A stretch of 64,000 nucleotides of DNA from positions 61,425-125,424 of the forward strand of contig JAYODI010000008.1 of the NCBI GenBank assembly GCA_038279365.1. Direction: 5' to 3'. This DNA comes from Candidatus Latescibacterota bacterium (GTDB lineage: Bacteria > Latescibacterota > UBA2968). Of this stretch, positions 49,053 to 59,475 are shown piece after piece; the stretch's first letter is position 1; every line of letters begins with the position of its first letter. Made by a program: the position numbers and the translations under genes. The notes under the pieces were generated by a model. It saw only the letters and a list, made by a program, of their open reading frames with translations. It did no database searches and had not been told where the DNA came from.

Positions 49053-51017
49053 TTACCATCCGTGCACAAAATGCCCACCATCTGGGAACCAAATGGCATC
49101 AATCACACTTGAAAATGCAATCCCAAACAAATACCCCACAATCACCCCAAACCAAAATGGCTTGGACTTGCGATACAAAGACACCCCACCCAAACGAAGC
49201 ACCACAACCTTGACCATCCACACCAAAAACACACAAAAAGCATAGCGGTTGTTCGGGAATGCAATGGCAACAGGGTGAAAAGGCCACCACGCAAACCGAG
49301 CACGCAAATATGTCAAAACAGCCGCCGTGCCTGCACCAAAACCCCACACGCCCCATTTTTGCATATCAAACACGGTGACTTTACTGCCTTCAATATACGG
49401 TATCTCATTAATCAGCTGATCCATGGGCCAAGACACCAAATGCCCATTTAAGCCCCCTTCCATATAAGACCGATAGATCTTAATACCCGCCGAACCATAA
49501 AACCCAACCACAAATGCCATCACAATGGCAATGGCAATGCCGGGATGGCGTGTCAGATGGCTGCCCATTAACCGAAATACGTGTGCAATAGAAGGTAAGG
49601 ACGTGGTGCGCATGGCCTCACCCAAAAAAGTATTTCGATTGACCGATGTCATCATGGTCATGGTACTGGGTTGTAAATTTTCAGTGCCAAACAAAGACAT
49701 TATGATGCGGTGCCCTTTGCCACCAGCAGGGGTTAAAAATGTGAACCCTGTGGTCGCCGCATATTTTGTAATGCCAAAATAGCAAATAAACATCAACAAC
49801 ATTTGTAGCAGGGTTGTCACAAAGGTAAACCCAACCGACATCAACCACCCCCCCATACAAATTGAAGACAACAACAACCCCACCCACGCCGTACGATAAG
49901 ACACAGGTTCTCCATCGTCATCTTCTCGCACCTGCGAAAGCGCCATTTCAACAGTGGTCTTCAAATGCTTTCGCGCCACCCAAACCGACCAAAACACCAA
50001 AAACACCAACGCCCCATGCGATTCCAACATAGCAATTTCACCACCCGTGGCCGTTTGCCCTTCAAGGCCCACTGCAAACCCCGTGCGGTTGATGATGCCA
50101 ACCTTATAAATGTTGATCAGGTTATACACCCAAAAACTAAACAGGATATCCACAGGACACAAATAGGCCAATCCCATAATTAAGGGCTGAACACGCAAAT
50201 AAATGTCTGGGTAATACAACCCTAAATGAATGGCCTTTGAGGTAAACACATCAAACAGCGTGATGCGTGGCAAACTGATGGCAAAATATCCTAAAATATT
50301 CCAACAAATAATGCTGGCAACAAGCCCAAAGCCCATCCAAAACAAACGGTCTTTAAAAATGACAGGCAAACATTCGCCCTCGCGCTCTTCCAACAAAGCC
50401 GCAGGAAACTCTGCCATCGGAAACACCAAACGTTCTTTTTCTTGCCACTGTTTAAAAAACAAAACACTACCAAAAAAGCCACCCATCAGGGCACCCAAAA
50501 TGCCCACCAACCACCATGAAAAGGGCCGCACCCACATCAACCAAGGAATGGAATCTCCTTTTTGCAACCCCGTATAAATCTGCTTCACAATCGGAATGCG
50601 GGCATCCAAAAACAACCATTGAGGCAAATACGGAATGGCGGTTTCTCGCAATCGGTTTTCTGGCGAGGCATAAAACTCAGGCGATGGAATTAGGCTCACC
50701 GAATGAAGTGCCCACCCCACAGCAGGCAAATTGCCCGCCACCCATACCATAGCCAAAATCGTGACCAACTCGGTGCGCGACAGAGCATAACGCGGCATAC
50801 TCGCCTTAAGTGCTGCATTGATCACCACCCACACCACAAAAGGAATCAACACTGCCACTGGGAAAAAGCTCTTGACCAAATTACCTGCATAGTACGTCAT
50901 ATACCACGTACTAAACACCACAGTGAGCACACCCAATATCAATGTGCGCCCCGTTACTTTTTCGTGCCCCCCCAACAAAGGGGCTTGCCCGACATCATAT
51001 GCCTCAATTTGTGCCAT
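49053..51017 (-). CDS. DUF6785/DUF6784-like multi-TM protein (putative transporter)
   Basis: 654 aa, many TM helices; ELV, ASPEN, IPW..W..P, QW...ERLVFP, WWPFHP, RLGG..LY...P.W.G. Confidence 0.7.
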   Translation of the reverse strand: MAQIEAYDVGQAPLLGGHEKVTGRTLILGVLTVVFSTWYMTYYAGNLVKSFFPVAVLIPFVVWVVINAALKASMPRYALSRTELVTILAMVWVAGNLPAVGWALHSVSLIPSPEFYASPENRLRETAIPYLPQWLFLDARIPIVKQIYTGLQKGDSIPWLMWVRPFSWWLVGILGALMGGFFGSVLFFKQWQEKERLVFPMAEFPAALLEEREGECLPVIFKDRLFWMGFGLVASIICWNILGYFAISLPRITLFDVFTSKAIHLGLYYPDIYLRVQPLIMGLAYLCPVDILFSFWVYNLINIYKVGIINRTGFAVGLEGQTATGGEIAMLESHGALVFLVFWSVWVARKHLKTTVEMALSQVREDDDGEPVSYRTAWVGLLLSSICMGGWLMSVGFTFVTTLLQMLLMFICYFGITKYAATTGFTFLTPAGGKGHRIIMSLFGTENLQPSTMTMMTSVNRNTFLGEAMRTTSLPSIAHVFRLMGSHLTRHPGIAIAIVMAFVVGFYGSAGIKIYRSYMEGGLNGHLVSWPMDQLINEIPYIEGSKVTVFDMQKWGVWGFGAGTAAVLTYLRARFAWWPFHPVAIAFPNNRYAFCVFLVWMVKVVVLRLGGVSLYRKSKPFWFGVIVGYLFGIAFSSVIDAIWFPDGGHFVHGW

Positions 51018-51028
51018 CTAAAATCCTG

Positions 51029-53365
51029 TTATCCAATATCAATGCCCCCATCGTGCACGGCATAGGTTTTTCCATTGAGCACCAAACACGCCAATGCGTC
51101 ATTTTGATACGTTTCATATGCAATACCATTGCCCTGGTTGACCAATATAAGATCATCACCCACATGGCCCACTTCCGTTTCACCAACCCGTTCGGTGTCA
51201 ACAACGGGGACATCCAAATGCTCATGCCCCATACTCAAAATGACACCCAAATTGCGCACAGGCGTTTCAATGCCCGAAGGTGTAAAGCGCAAGTGGTATT
51301 GCTGATGCCACTGGGCATGATCTTTGCCTTTCATTGGAGGCGGGTCCCAACCTTCTGTTAGCGAGAAAAAACTGTTTTTGTGATGCATAAAATGCCCACG
51401 CAACACACTGTCTCCACGCCTTATTTGAAACAGCCTGCGCTCTTCATTGACTTCATATTCATTCCAAGAATGTAAATTCCACTGCAAGGAAGAAGCCACA
51501 TTTTCTTTTGCCACAAACTCATCCACCATCACAAAATATTGCTGTTCTTTTACAAAAATGACATGTCTGCGACAACGTTTGGCGCGGTCGCTATAACTTT
51601 GATCTGCCGTGCCCCTAAAATAAACCAAGCGGTCATCTTCAAAGGCGTTGTCCACTGACCCTAACGAATCGTGTGAACGCATAAGTTGGGGCGCATCAGA
51701 AAGCGTCACACAGTTGTGTGATTTGGTGTGCCACACCCAATGGGCATGATGATCTGAACCGTAACCCGAATAATACCCACTGGGCATGGCCATTACACGC
51801 CCGCCCACATGTAAAATAAAATCGTTGTTATTGGCATGTGAGTGGCTCACAGAACCAAATGGCGAAGACCGAAAGATCATGGCCACGTCACGTTCTCGGT
51901 CTTTTAAATCTGTTCGAATTGCCGCCCACCCCACAGCCGGAAAAACACGCAACATTTGTTTGTGCTCATCAGGTAAGGCATCACCCTTCACACTTTTGGC
52001 CGTAAACAGCTGCGTACACACCCCCGGCATCTTGCGTTCGTCAGGTGTGTCCATGAGTTTGGCTTCTTCGCGCAGTTCTGTCACATATTCATCAAATTCC
52101 TTAGTGCCCGTTTCACGGCCAATGAGCGCAACCAGGTCGGCACCATTAAGCCAAGAATCGGACCACCGCTCAGAATGGTCACCAAACCCAAGCCATTCAA
52201 TATAAGGCGGCACAATCCACTGGCGCCATCGGGCATGGTTTTTCCAAAACGAACGTTGATACAAATCGATGCCCGCACCCCGTTTAAGCGCAGAACAAAA
52301 CATGGTCATAATGGTCACATACGCCAACCCATAAGATGGCCCTTGTGCCCAACCACCATCATCACCCGCCCAACTGGGCCACAGCCCGCACAACACCGGG
52401 CGCAACCAATTGAGCCATTTTTTGGCTTCAGGAATATGCTCGTGAAACACCAGTGCCACATGGGCCAAAAACACAATCTCTCGTCCTGCGTGAGAATCAA
52501 ATCGGGTAATGCCATATAACCCATGATCATGCATATGTTCATACGTAATCTCACCACGCTGGCGAAATTGCTCAATCACCAACGCCCGCTCTTCTTCTGT
52601 AAATTGGTCCCACACAAAATCACACGCATTTGCCCCATGCCATATCACCGACATGTGCGCCTCATCATTATGCCCCAAATAACTCGACCCCTTGGGATCC
52701 CACTTTGACACAGACACCAATCGTTCACAGGCCGCTCGGGCATATGCTTCATTGCCCGTTGCCAACCAAGCCAGAGCAAGCGTTTCTGCCCCCTTTACAA
52801 AACGGCGAGACCCCCACATGGTGGGATACCACACTTTCCAAAATTCTGCATAATTTGTTGCTCTGTCCGACAAAAACTCAGGCTCATCCATGTGATGATC
52901 GTCTGCCAACTCCGAATCGGCACTGGCTTCAAAACGGCGATACATGGGCGAGTCATTATCGCTCCATTTATCGCGAAAATCGTCCACCTCTTCTGGGCGC
53001 AAATAAATGCGCGGATGCCCAGTTGGAAAACGCCGCAACCATTCTTCTGCAGGGGGCACTTCAAGCACCACTGCCGCATCTGTTATTTCAAATTCAAAAA
53101 TGGGTGATGTAAATGAGCCATCTGACCATCGCCAAAAATAGGAACCAACCACAAACGCTTTTTCGGGTAAAAATACAGGGTCTTCCAAATCCTTTTGTGT
53201 TAAAACCACATCTTTAAACTGGGCGTCTTTTGCTATTTCCAAGTGAAATGCTTTGGTATCTTGAACCGGTTTCCACGCAAAAACGGGTGGATTCGTACCT
53301 GGTTTGCTTGCATTTCTGGGCTGACGCGGATCTCGGTGTGGGTGCGCGTGACGTTCTTCAGTCAT
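51029..53365 (-). CDS. DUF4962 + heparinase II/III protein (PL15-like exolytic oligosaccharide lyase)
   Basis: NPPVFAW, HPRIY, SH, DGGWAQG.SY, FGD, FRSSPFGSVSHSH, TKSHN; no signal peptide. Confidence 0.8.
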   Translation of the reverse strand: MTEERHAHPHRDPRQPRNASKPGTNPPVFAWKPVQDTKAFHLEIAKDAQFKDVVLTQKDLEDPVFLPEKAFVVGSYFWRWSDGSFTSPIFEFEITDAAVVLEVPPAEEWLRRFPTGHPRIYLRPEEVDDFRDKWSDNDSPMYRRFEASADSELADDHHMDEPEFLSDRATNYAEFWKVWYPTMWGSRRFVKGAETLALAWLATGNEAYARAACERLVSVSKWDPKGSSYLGHNDEAHMSVIWHGANACDFVWDQFTEEERALVIEQFRQRGEITYEHMHDHGLYGITRFDSHAGREIVFLAHVALVFHEHIPEAKKWLNWLRPVLCGLWPSWAGDDGGWAQGPSYGLAYVTIMTMFCSALKRGAGIDLYQRSFWKNHARWRQWIVPPYIEWLGFGDHSERWSDSWLNGADLVALIGRETGTKEFDEYVTELREEAKLMDTPDERKMPGVCTQLFTAKSVKGDALPDEHKQMLRVFPAVGWAAIRTDLKDRERDVAMIFRSSPFGSVSHSHANNNDFILHVGGRVMAMPSGYYSGYGSDHHAHWVWHTKSHNCVTLSDAPQLMRSHDSLGSVDNAFEDDRLVYFRGTADQSYSDRAKRCRRHVIFVKEQQYFVMVDEFVAKENVASSLQWNLHSWNEYEVNEERRLFQIRRGDSVLRGHFMHHKNSFFSLTEGWDPPPMKGKDHAQWHQQYHLRFTPSGIETPVRNLGVILSMGHEHLDVPVVDTERVGETEVGHVGDDLILVNQGNGIAYETYQNDALACLVLNGKTYAVHDGGIDIG

Positions 53366-53375
53366 GATGAACTCC

Positions 53376-54344
53376 CTACTCTCCCTTTAACAAAGCCAAT
53401 GCCAAAATTTTTTCGGCAACTTCCATTGTTTTGATACAATCTCGAAAGGGAGATGTGGTCACATCTTCTCCCGTCTTTAATGAATCTATAAACTCTCTGT
53501 TTTTATCGCGAAAACCAAACGCTTCCCACTTGGTCGTAGCCTGTGCCACCTCAAAACAATCATACACAACCCCATCATAATCACCATCGGCATACAAAAC
53601 AGCATTTTTTTCAACCTCTGCATCCACATAAATATTGGGGGCATGCATTTCCACACGAAAAACACGCCGTCCACTGGACCAACTGTTGATCACAAACCCT
53701 GTCGATCCATTGTCAAAATGCAACGTGGCACCAATCCAATTGATATCCGGTGTGCCAATGCGTTTACAATGGCTTTCCAGATCAATAACCTCACCACCAC
53801 ACATCCACCGTACCGTATCTATCGAATGGGTGCAGTCATCCATCATATGATCGCGCGCATTGCGATAAGGCTTCATATCCGATTTGTAAAATTCACATAC
53901 GGCGTGGGTGATTTCTCCCCGTGCCACACATGCCTCGCGCATCTTTTTGAGCAACGGACTGCTGCGCCGCTGATGGCTCACCTGTGTGACGATGCCCTTT
54001 TGTTCGGCCAAATCGGCCAAGATACAAGCCTGATGCCACGTGATGCCCATGGGTTTTTCAATGTACAAATTCAACCCTTGCATCAAACACCACACCCAAA
54101 TGTCATACATATAATGGGGTTGACCAATCACATAAATACCGTCGGGTGCTTGGGCTTCAACCATCTTTTTATAATCGGTATATCGGTTTGGGATATCATA
54201 TTGATCTGCGGTCTTGGTCAAACGCGTCTCATCCAAATCGCAAATGCCCACAATCTCCACATCATCAAATGACGCCAATGAAGGGTAATGAACCTGATTG
54301 GCCATCCCTCCTGCCCCCACCACTGCCACCCTTACTTTTTCCAA
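53376..54344 (-). CDS. Gfo/Idh/MocA oxidoreductase
   Basis: VVGAGG, IEKP, QRR, HSID; TTG start after GAGGTG. Confidence 0.88.
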   Translation of the reverse strand: MEKVRVAVVGAGGMANQVHYPSLASFDDVEIVGICDLDETRLTKTADQYDIPNRYTDYKKMVEAQAPDGIYVIGQPHYMYDIWVWCLMQGLNLYIEKPMGITWHQACILADLAEQKGIVTQVSHQRRSSPLLKKMREACVARGEITHAVCEFYKSDMKPYRNARDHMMDDCTHSIDTVRWMCGGEVIDLESHCKRIGTPDINWIGATLHFDNGSTGFVINSWSSGRRVFRVEMHAPNIYVDAEVEKNAVLYADGDYDGVVYDCFEVAQATTKWEAFGFRDKNREFIDSLKTGEDVTTSPFRDCIKTMEVAEKILALALLKGE

Positions 54345-54354
54345 AACACCCACC

Positions 54355-55152
54355 TCAAGCCGCCTCAAAAAGCGATTTGGCATAAGCAATATCTTGTGCA
54401 ATCAAAACATCCACGCGGTCATGATCGCTGTATTCGGCAGTCAAACAAATATCGCCCGCATAGTTGCGTTTTTTAAGTTCTGCAACAGCGCGTGGCCAGT
54501 AGGCCAAACCGTGTGGCCCTGTTGTCCAAAACTGTTTCCATTCGGCAACAGCAGCATCCGGCCCATTGGTGCGCAACCAATAAGCACTTTTCAAATTAAA
54601 CACCCGCAAATGTGACCACACAATATCAATCGAATATTCAGGCGGTTCACCGTTGAGCCCACAATGGGCCTGGTCCAAAACCGCACAAATATGCTTGGGG
54701 TCATATTTCTCAATCAAATGCCTTATGCCCATGGCATTGTTCACCTGAAAACCTGTATGATTTTGTACCCCAATGGCCACATTGTGTTTGTCTAACAAAG
54801 GAACAAGCGCATCGTATTCGGCCTGTATTTTTGCCTCTTCGGCCATATATCCTGCTTTGGGATCTACCTTTTGACAAATGCGAATAATGGGAATTCCCGC
54901 TTCGCCACACGCGGCGATGGTGGCCTCATCTGTTGGCCCAGCCACCGTGCCAATGCGCACGCCTTCATCGCCTAAAACTTTGGCCGCTTCTAACAACCCT
55001 TTGCTCACATTTTCGGGTTCCACCTGAAACCCTGGGCGCACAGGCAATTCCACCCCGTCAAAACCCAAACCTTTGACAAACTTGCCCAACTCAGACAATG
55101 ACTTTTTGGGCCAAGGTTTTGTAAAAACCGTATAAGAAATATTCATCCCCAT
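54355..55152 (-). CDS. Sugar phosphate isomerase/epimerase
   Basis: FTKPW, GFDGVELPVRPG, QNH, LDQAH, NLK, AEY. Confidence 0.82.
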   Translation of the reverse strand: MGMNISYTVFTKPWPKKSLSELGKFVKGLGFDGVELPVRPGFQVEPENVSKGLLEAAKVLGDEGVRIGTVAGPTDEATIAACGEAGIPIIRICQKVDPKAGYMAEEAKIQAEYDALVPLLDKHNVAIGVQNHTGFQVNNAMGIRHLIEKYDPKHICAVLDQAHCGLNGEPPEYSIDIVWSHLRVFNLKSAYWLRTNGPDAAVAEWKQFWTTGPHGLAYWPRAVAELKKRNYAGDICLTAEYSDHDRVDVLIAQDIAYAKSLFEAA

Positions 55153-55194
55153 TTCACAACCTCCTGATTGGATAAAAACTCACTGTCACATTTT

Positions 55195-56661
55195 TTATGG
55201 CAAAGGCACGGGCTTTGCGTCTTCAGTTTCAATGCTCCAATTGGCCAATTTCAAACGCAAGTCGGCCAACACGTTGATATGTGTTGCATCATCGACCACA
55301 TTGTACAACTCCCACGGATCATTTACCAAATCGTATAACTCGTCTTTGTCACCCATAGGATCGTGTACATATTTCCACGTTTTTGTGCGCACCATCTTGC
55401 GCCGACCTTCGGCTTCACGAGCCCGTAAAGAATGCATCAACGCTTTGCGTCCATACGGTTTTTCCAATTGCCTTAAGTCTTCTAAGGTATAAGCAGGCCC
55501 TCCTGCGCCATATTCCGAAAAGGCTGCATCTCTTGGTTCGGCATCGGTCACTGTGGGCAGTGGCACACCATGCATAGATCGCGGCACATCCATGCCTTGC
55601 AATTGCAAAAGGGTTGGCACAATATCAATGAGGTTGACCATGCTCTCATCCACCACCCCCGATTGGACTTGGCCAGGATAAGACACAATTAATGGCACCC
55701 GTGTCAAACAATCGTAAAACACCCCACCTTTGCATTGCATACGGTGTTCGCCCATCATATCGCCATGATCAGAGCAAAATACCACAATTGTATTTTCCCG
55801 TAATTTTAGCCGATCCAATGCATCTAATATTTGCCCAATGCTGTCATCTAAAAATTGGGTCATGCCATAATATGCGGCCATCACGCCATACACATCTGCT
55901 TCAGAATCTTCTTCTACCCCCATCATTTCATACAAAATGCGATTGCGTTCTGGCGCACGTGCATCGGTAAACTCACCGTCTCGCCAAGGTGGCAAGTCGA
56001 TCTTGTCGGGAGAAAATCGATCAAAATATTTCCGAGGTGCTTCCCAAGGTTCATGGGGGTCAGGAAATGACAACCACAATGCAAAAGGCTCATCTTGATG
56101 CACTTCTAAAAAACGCGTGGTTTGTGCCGCCAACAACCCCGACGAATAACACGCCAAAGGTGCATCCGTTGCCCCATAGGCAAACCGAGGTGTTTTGTGA
56201 GGCAAATTTCTACGTGTTGCATGGGCTTCTAAGATCGCTTCGTGCGGTTGCACCCACTCCAATCCTTTGGTCTTAAGCATCGCCTCATTCACACCGCCAT
56301 GCCCCATCTCACACCATGTATCAAACAATGTCACATCTTCTTCCGTGTGAAAACAATGGTTTTTTCCGATAAGCCCACAATGATATCCAGCCTCTTTCCA
56401 CAACTTAAAAGCGTGGACTGCTTCAGGTGGCATCAAAGTCTCATTGCGTCTGCCCCCATGTGAATGAGGAAATTGCGATGTCCAAAATGAGATGCGCGCA
56501 GGTACACACAATGGGTGTGGCGTTATGGCGTGTTTAAACAATACCCCATCATTTGCCAAACGTGCCATTGAGGGCGTTTCACAAAATGTATTGCCATACA
56601 AATGACTGGCAGTTGCCTTCATTTGATCACACATCATCACCAATATATTGGGCTTTTTCAT
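55195..56661 (-). CDS. Sulfatase (S1, Cys-type), tandem paralog B
   Basis: CDQ, LCVPAR, GKNH, PDPH, SDHGD, ELYDL; GAGGAG RBS. Confidence 0.92.
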   Translation of the reverse strand: MKKPNILVMMCDQMKATASHLYGNTFCETPSMARLANDGVLFKHAITPHPLCVPARISFWTSQFPHSHGGRRNETLMPPEAVHAFKLWKEAGYHCGLIGKNHCFHTEEDVTLFDTWCEMGHGGVNEAMLKTKGLEWVQPHEAILEAHATRRNLPHKTPRFAYGATDAPLACYSSGLLAAQTTRFLEVHQDEPFALWLSFPDPHEPWEAPRKYFDRFSPDKIDLPPWRDGEFTDARAPERNRILYEMMGVEEDSEADVYGVMAAYYGMTQFLDDSIGQILDALDRLKLRENTIVVFCSDHGDMMGEHRMQCKGGVFYDCLTRVPLIVSYPGQVQSGVVDESMVNLIDIVPTLLQLQGMDVPRSMHGVPLPTVTDAEPRDAAFSEYGAGGPAYTLEDLRQLEKPYGRKALMHSLRAREAEGRRKMVRTKTWKYVHDPMGDKDELYDLVNDPWELYNVVDDATHINVLADLRLKLANWSIETEDAKPVPLP

Positions 56662-56682
56662 ACAGGCGCTCCTCACACATCT

Positions 56683-58146
56683 TCATTCAGGTAATGGCAC
56701 AGGTTTGGCATCTTCCGTTTCAATGCTCCAATCGGCCAATTTCAAACGCAAGTCGGCCAACACATTGATATGTGTTGCATCATCGATCACATTGTACAAT
56801 TCCCACGGGTCATTTTCCAAATCGTATAACTCGTCTTTGTCTCCCATGGGATCATGTACATATTTCCATGTTTTTGTGCGCACCATCTTGCGACGCCCTT
56901 CGGCTTCACGCCACCGCAATGACTTGCCAATGGCGCGTCGGCCCCACGGCTTTTCAAATGTTTCCAAATCGGCCATGGTAAAAGCTGGCCCACCCGCACC
57001 ATATTCTGAAAATGTGGCTTCTCGCGGTTCTGCACCGGTCACCGTGGGCAACCCCTTCCCGTGCATAGATCGCGGCACATCCATTTTTTGCAACTGCATG
57101 AGCGTGGGCACAATATCAATGAGATTGACCATGCTCTCATCGACCACACCTTGAGCGACTTGCCCGGGCCACGAGACAATCAATGGCACCCGCGTTAAAC
57201 AATCGTAAAAAGACCCACCTTTTGCCATTTGACCATGTTCACCTGAAAAATCGCCATGATCGGAGCAAAACACCACCATGGTGTTTTTGCGCAAATCCAA
57301 ACGCTCCAACGCATCCAATATCTGCCCAATCCCATCGTCCAAAAACCGCACCATCCCATGATACACCCCCACACACGCTTTCACTTCGTTGATGGGGTCG
57401 TTGTTTACACCAATCATGGCGTGTAACACCTGATTGCGTTCAGACGTTGTGCCATCGGTATATTCATCATCGCGCCAAGGCGGAAGTTCTACATCTTCGG
57501 GGGGAATCACATATTTTTGAGGGCATTCATAAGGTGCATGTGGGTCTGGAATAGACAACCAAAGTGCAAATGGTTCGTGCTGATGTTTTTCCAAAAACCG
57601 CACCGTTTGCCCACAGACCAACCCCGTAGAATAATCTTCTAATGGTGCATCTGTTACCGCATAAGAAAATTGAGGGGTAATGGCTGGCATATTGCGACGT
57701 CCTGCATGCCCCTGATAGATTTGATCAATGCTCCGAAACCACGCCATCCCTTTGGTTTGTTCTGCACCTTTTGGGATCCCCCCATGGGTAATTTCACAAT
57801 ATGTATCAAACAATGCCAAGTCTTCTTCTGTTTGAAAACAATGATTTTTACCAATCAGCCCACAGTGATACCCCGCCTCTTTCCACAACTTAAATGCATG
57901 AACCGCATCTGGAGGCATCAATGTTTCATTTCGCCTCCCTCCATGCGAATGAGGAAATTGCGAGGTCCAAAACGAAATGCGTGCAGGCACACACAACGGG
58001 TGAGGTGTAATGGCGTGTTTGAACAACACCCCCTCTTTTGCCAAGCGCTCCAAAGACGGCGTGTGACAAAATGTGTTGCCATATAAGTGGCTCGCAGTGG
58101 CTTTCATTTGATCACACATAATGACCAAAACATTGGGTTTGTCCAT
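56683..58146 (-). CDS. Sulfatase (S1, Cys-type), tandem paralog A
   Basis: CDQ, LCVPAR, GKNH, PDPH, SDHGD, ELYDL; GAGGAGG RBS. Confidence 0.92.
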   Translation of the reverse strand: MDKPNVLVIMCDQMKATASHLYGNTFCHTPSLERLAKEGVLFKHAITPHPLCVPARISFWTSQFPHSHGGRRNETLMPPDAVHAFKLWKEAGYHCGLIGKNHCFQTEEDLALFDTYCEITHGGIPKGAEQTKGMAWFRSIDQIYQGHAGRRNMPAITPQFSYAVTDAPLEDYSTGLVCGQTVRFLEKHQHEPFALWLSIPDPHAPYECPQKYVIPPEDVELPPWRDDEYTDGTTSERNQVLHAMIGVNNDPINEVKACVGVYHGMVRFLDDGIGQILDALERLDLRKNTMVVFCSDHGDFSGEHGQMAKGGSFYDCLTRVPLIVSWPGQVAQGVVDESMVNLIDIVPTLMQLQKMDVPRSMHGKGLPTVTGAEPREATFSEYGAGGPAFTMADLETFEKPWGRRAIGKSLRWREAEGRRKMVRTKTWKYVHDPMGDKDELYDLENDPWELYNVIDDATHINVLADLRLKLADWSIETEDAKPVPLPE

Positions 58147-58206
58147 CCCATCCCTCCTCAAAAACTAACCTTTGGCATCACGGTTCCATTGACCACAACA
58201 TTCTTT

Positions 58207-58548
58207 TTACACAAACGGCAACACCCACCGTAAAACAATATCCAAAATAGAAATGAGCACCGAGGCAACAATCGTGCTAAAAATCGATTCAATTTCAAAA
58301 CCATCAATCAACTTATCCGTAATCCACAACAAAAAGGCATTGATCACAATCAAAAACAAACCCAATGTCACCACAATAAAAGGCAACGATACGACAACCA
58401 ATATCCAATACAAAAAAAACTTCAACACACCATACACCACTGCCACCGTTAAGGCCGTTGTAAAACCCTTCACCCGCACCGAAGGCAAAAACATGGCCAC
58501 CAAAAACACCGACAAACTAAACGAAATAAGCCCCATCAATATGCTCAC
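58207..58548 (-). CDS. 4-TM 'phage holin' superfamily IV / YvlD (DUF360) membrane protein
   Basis: LPFIVVTLGLFLIVINAFLL...LIDGFEI; GTG start overlaps upstream TGA. Confidence 0.82.
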   Translation of the reverse strand: MSILMGLISFSLSVFLVAMFLPSVRVKGFTTALTVAVVYGVLKFFLYWILVVVSLPFIVVTLGLFLIVINAFLLWITDKLIDGFEIESIFSTIVASVLISILDIVLRWVLPFV

Positions 58549-59351
58549 GATGCTCCCTCCCAGGAGTTGTGCCACACCAGCGGATTTTGTTCGTCATTGT
58601 TTAACACATCACCCTTTTTGAGGGTTTTAAAATAGTCTTCGGGTAAAATATTGCGGTTGCCATTAAACGTGGCCCCATCGGGCATGAACGCACAGGTCAT
58701 GGCCCTTCGTGGATGCCGTGTCATATTGGCACCCGCACCGTGTGCCGTTAAACCATTGTGCCAAACCATAGACCCTGCCGAACAGGCCCCACAGGCGGGT
58801 TCCACTTCGCGCCATTGCGGATAAACCTTAAACAAATCGGCCTGATTTTGCCCAATGCCCACATTTTCATACGTCGCCTCTTTGTGTGAGCCTGGTATAT
58901 ACCACATACATCCATTTTCGGGTGTGGCATCATCTAAAGCGATCCAAAACGACAACGATTGTTTGCTTGAAAATGACCAATAAGGATTGTCCAAATGCCA
59001 CGCGGTGGCATTGCCAAAAGGCGGTTTAAACAATGCCTGATCATGCCAAATGCGTATGCCATCTGTACCGGCAAGGGTGGCGGCCATTTTGCCAATGCGT
59101 TTGTCAAAAATTAATGCACGCATTTCTTCGTGAATATCGGCCAAACGCAAACACTGCGTAAACACCTGCGAATAAAAGGCATCGGGGTCTTTTTGATTGT
59201 TGAGCGCATCAGAACCCAATCGTTGGGCAACGGCTTCTTCTGTCACCCGCCGCCAATGCGCCAATTCCTCTGCATTTAAACACCCTTCGACAATCAAAAA
59301 ACCATTTTCCTGAAAGCAGGTTACCTGGTCATTGGTTAACTCGTGTTTCAT
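58545..59351 (-). CDS. Phytanoyl-CoA dioxygenase (PhyH) family protein
   Basis: FQENGF, HDQALFK, WHLD, WIALDDA..ENGC..IPGSH, HGAGAN, RRA. Confidence 0.9.
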   Translation of the reverse strand: MKHELTNDQVTCFQENGFLIVEGCLNAEELAHWRRVTEEAVAQRLGSDALNNQKDPDAFYSQVFTQCLRLADIHEEMRALIFDKRIGKMAATLAGTDGIRIWHDQALFKPPFGNATAWHLDNPYWSFSSKQSLSFWIALDDATPENGCMWYIPGSHKEATYENVGIGQNQADLFKVYPQWREVEPACGACSAGSMVWHNGLTAHGAGANMTRHPRRAMTCAFMPDGATFNGNRNILPEDYFKTLKKGDVLNNDEQNPLVWHNSWEGAS

Positions 59352-59475
59352 TGCTTCTCCCATCTATCAGAATAGTTGTTGCTTCGCGATATCATTTTTT
59401 GTTCTTTCTACGCATCATAAACTTTACTTTTAAACGCGTTTTTGCCTGTCATTTTGATTTCTCTAAGGAGTTGTT

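Noticed and set aside
58207..58548. 'Phage holin' as evidence of a prophage
   Set aside because: YvlD/DUF360-like proteins are common chromosomal genes; no phage structural, lysin or integrase genes are present
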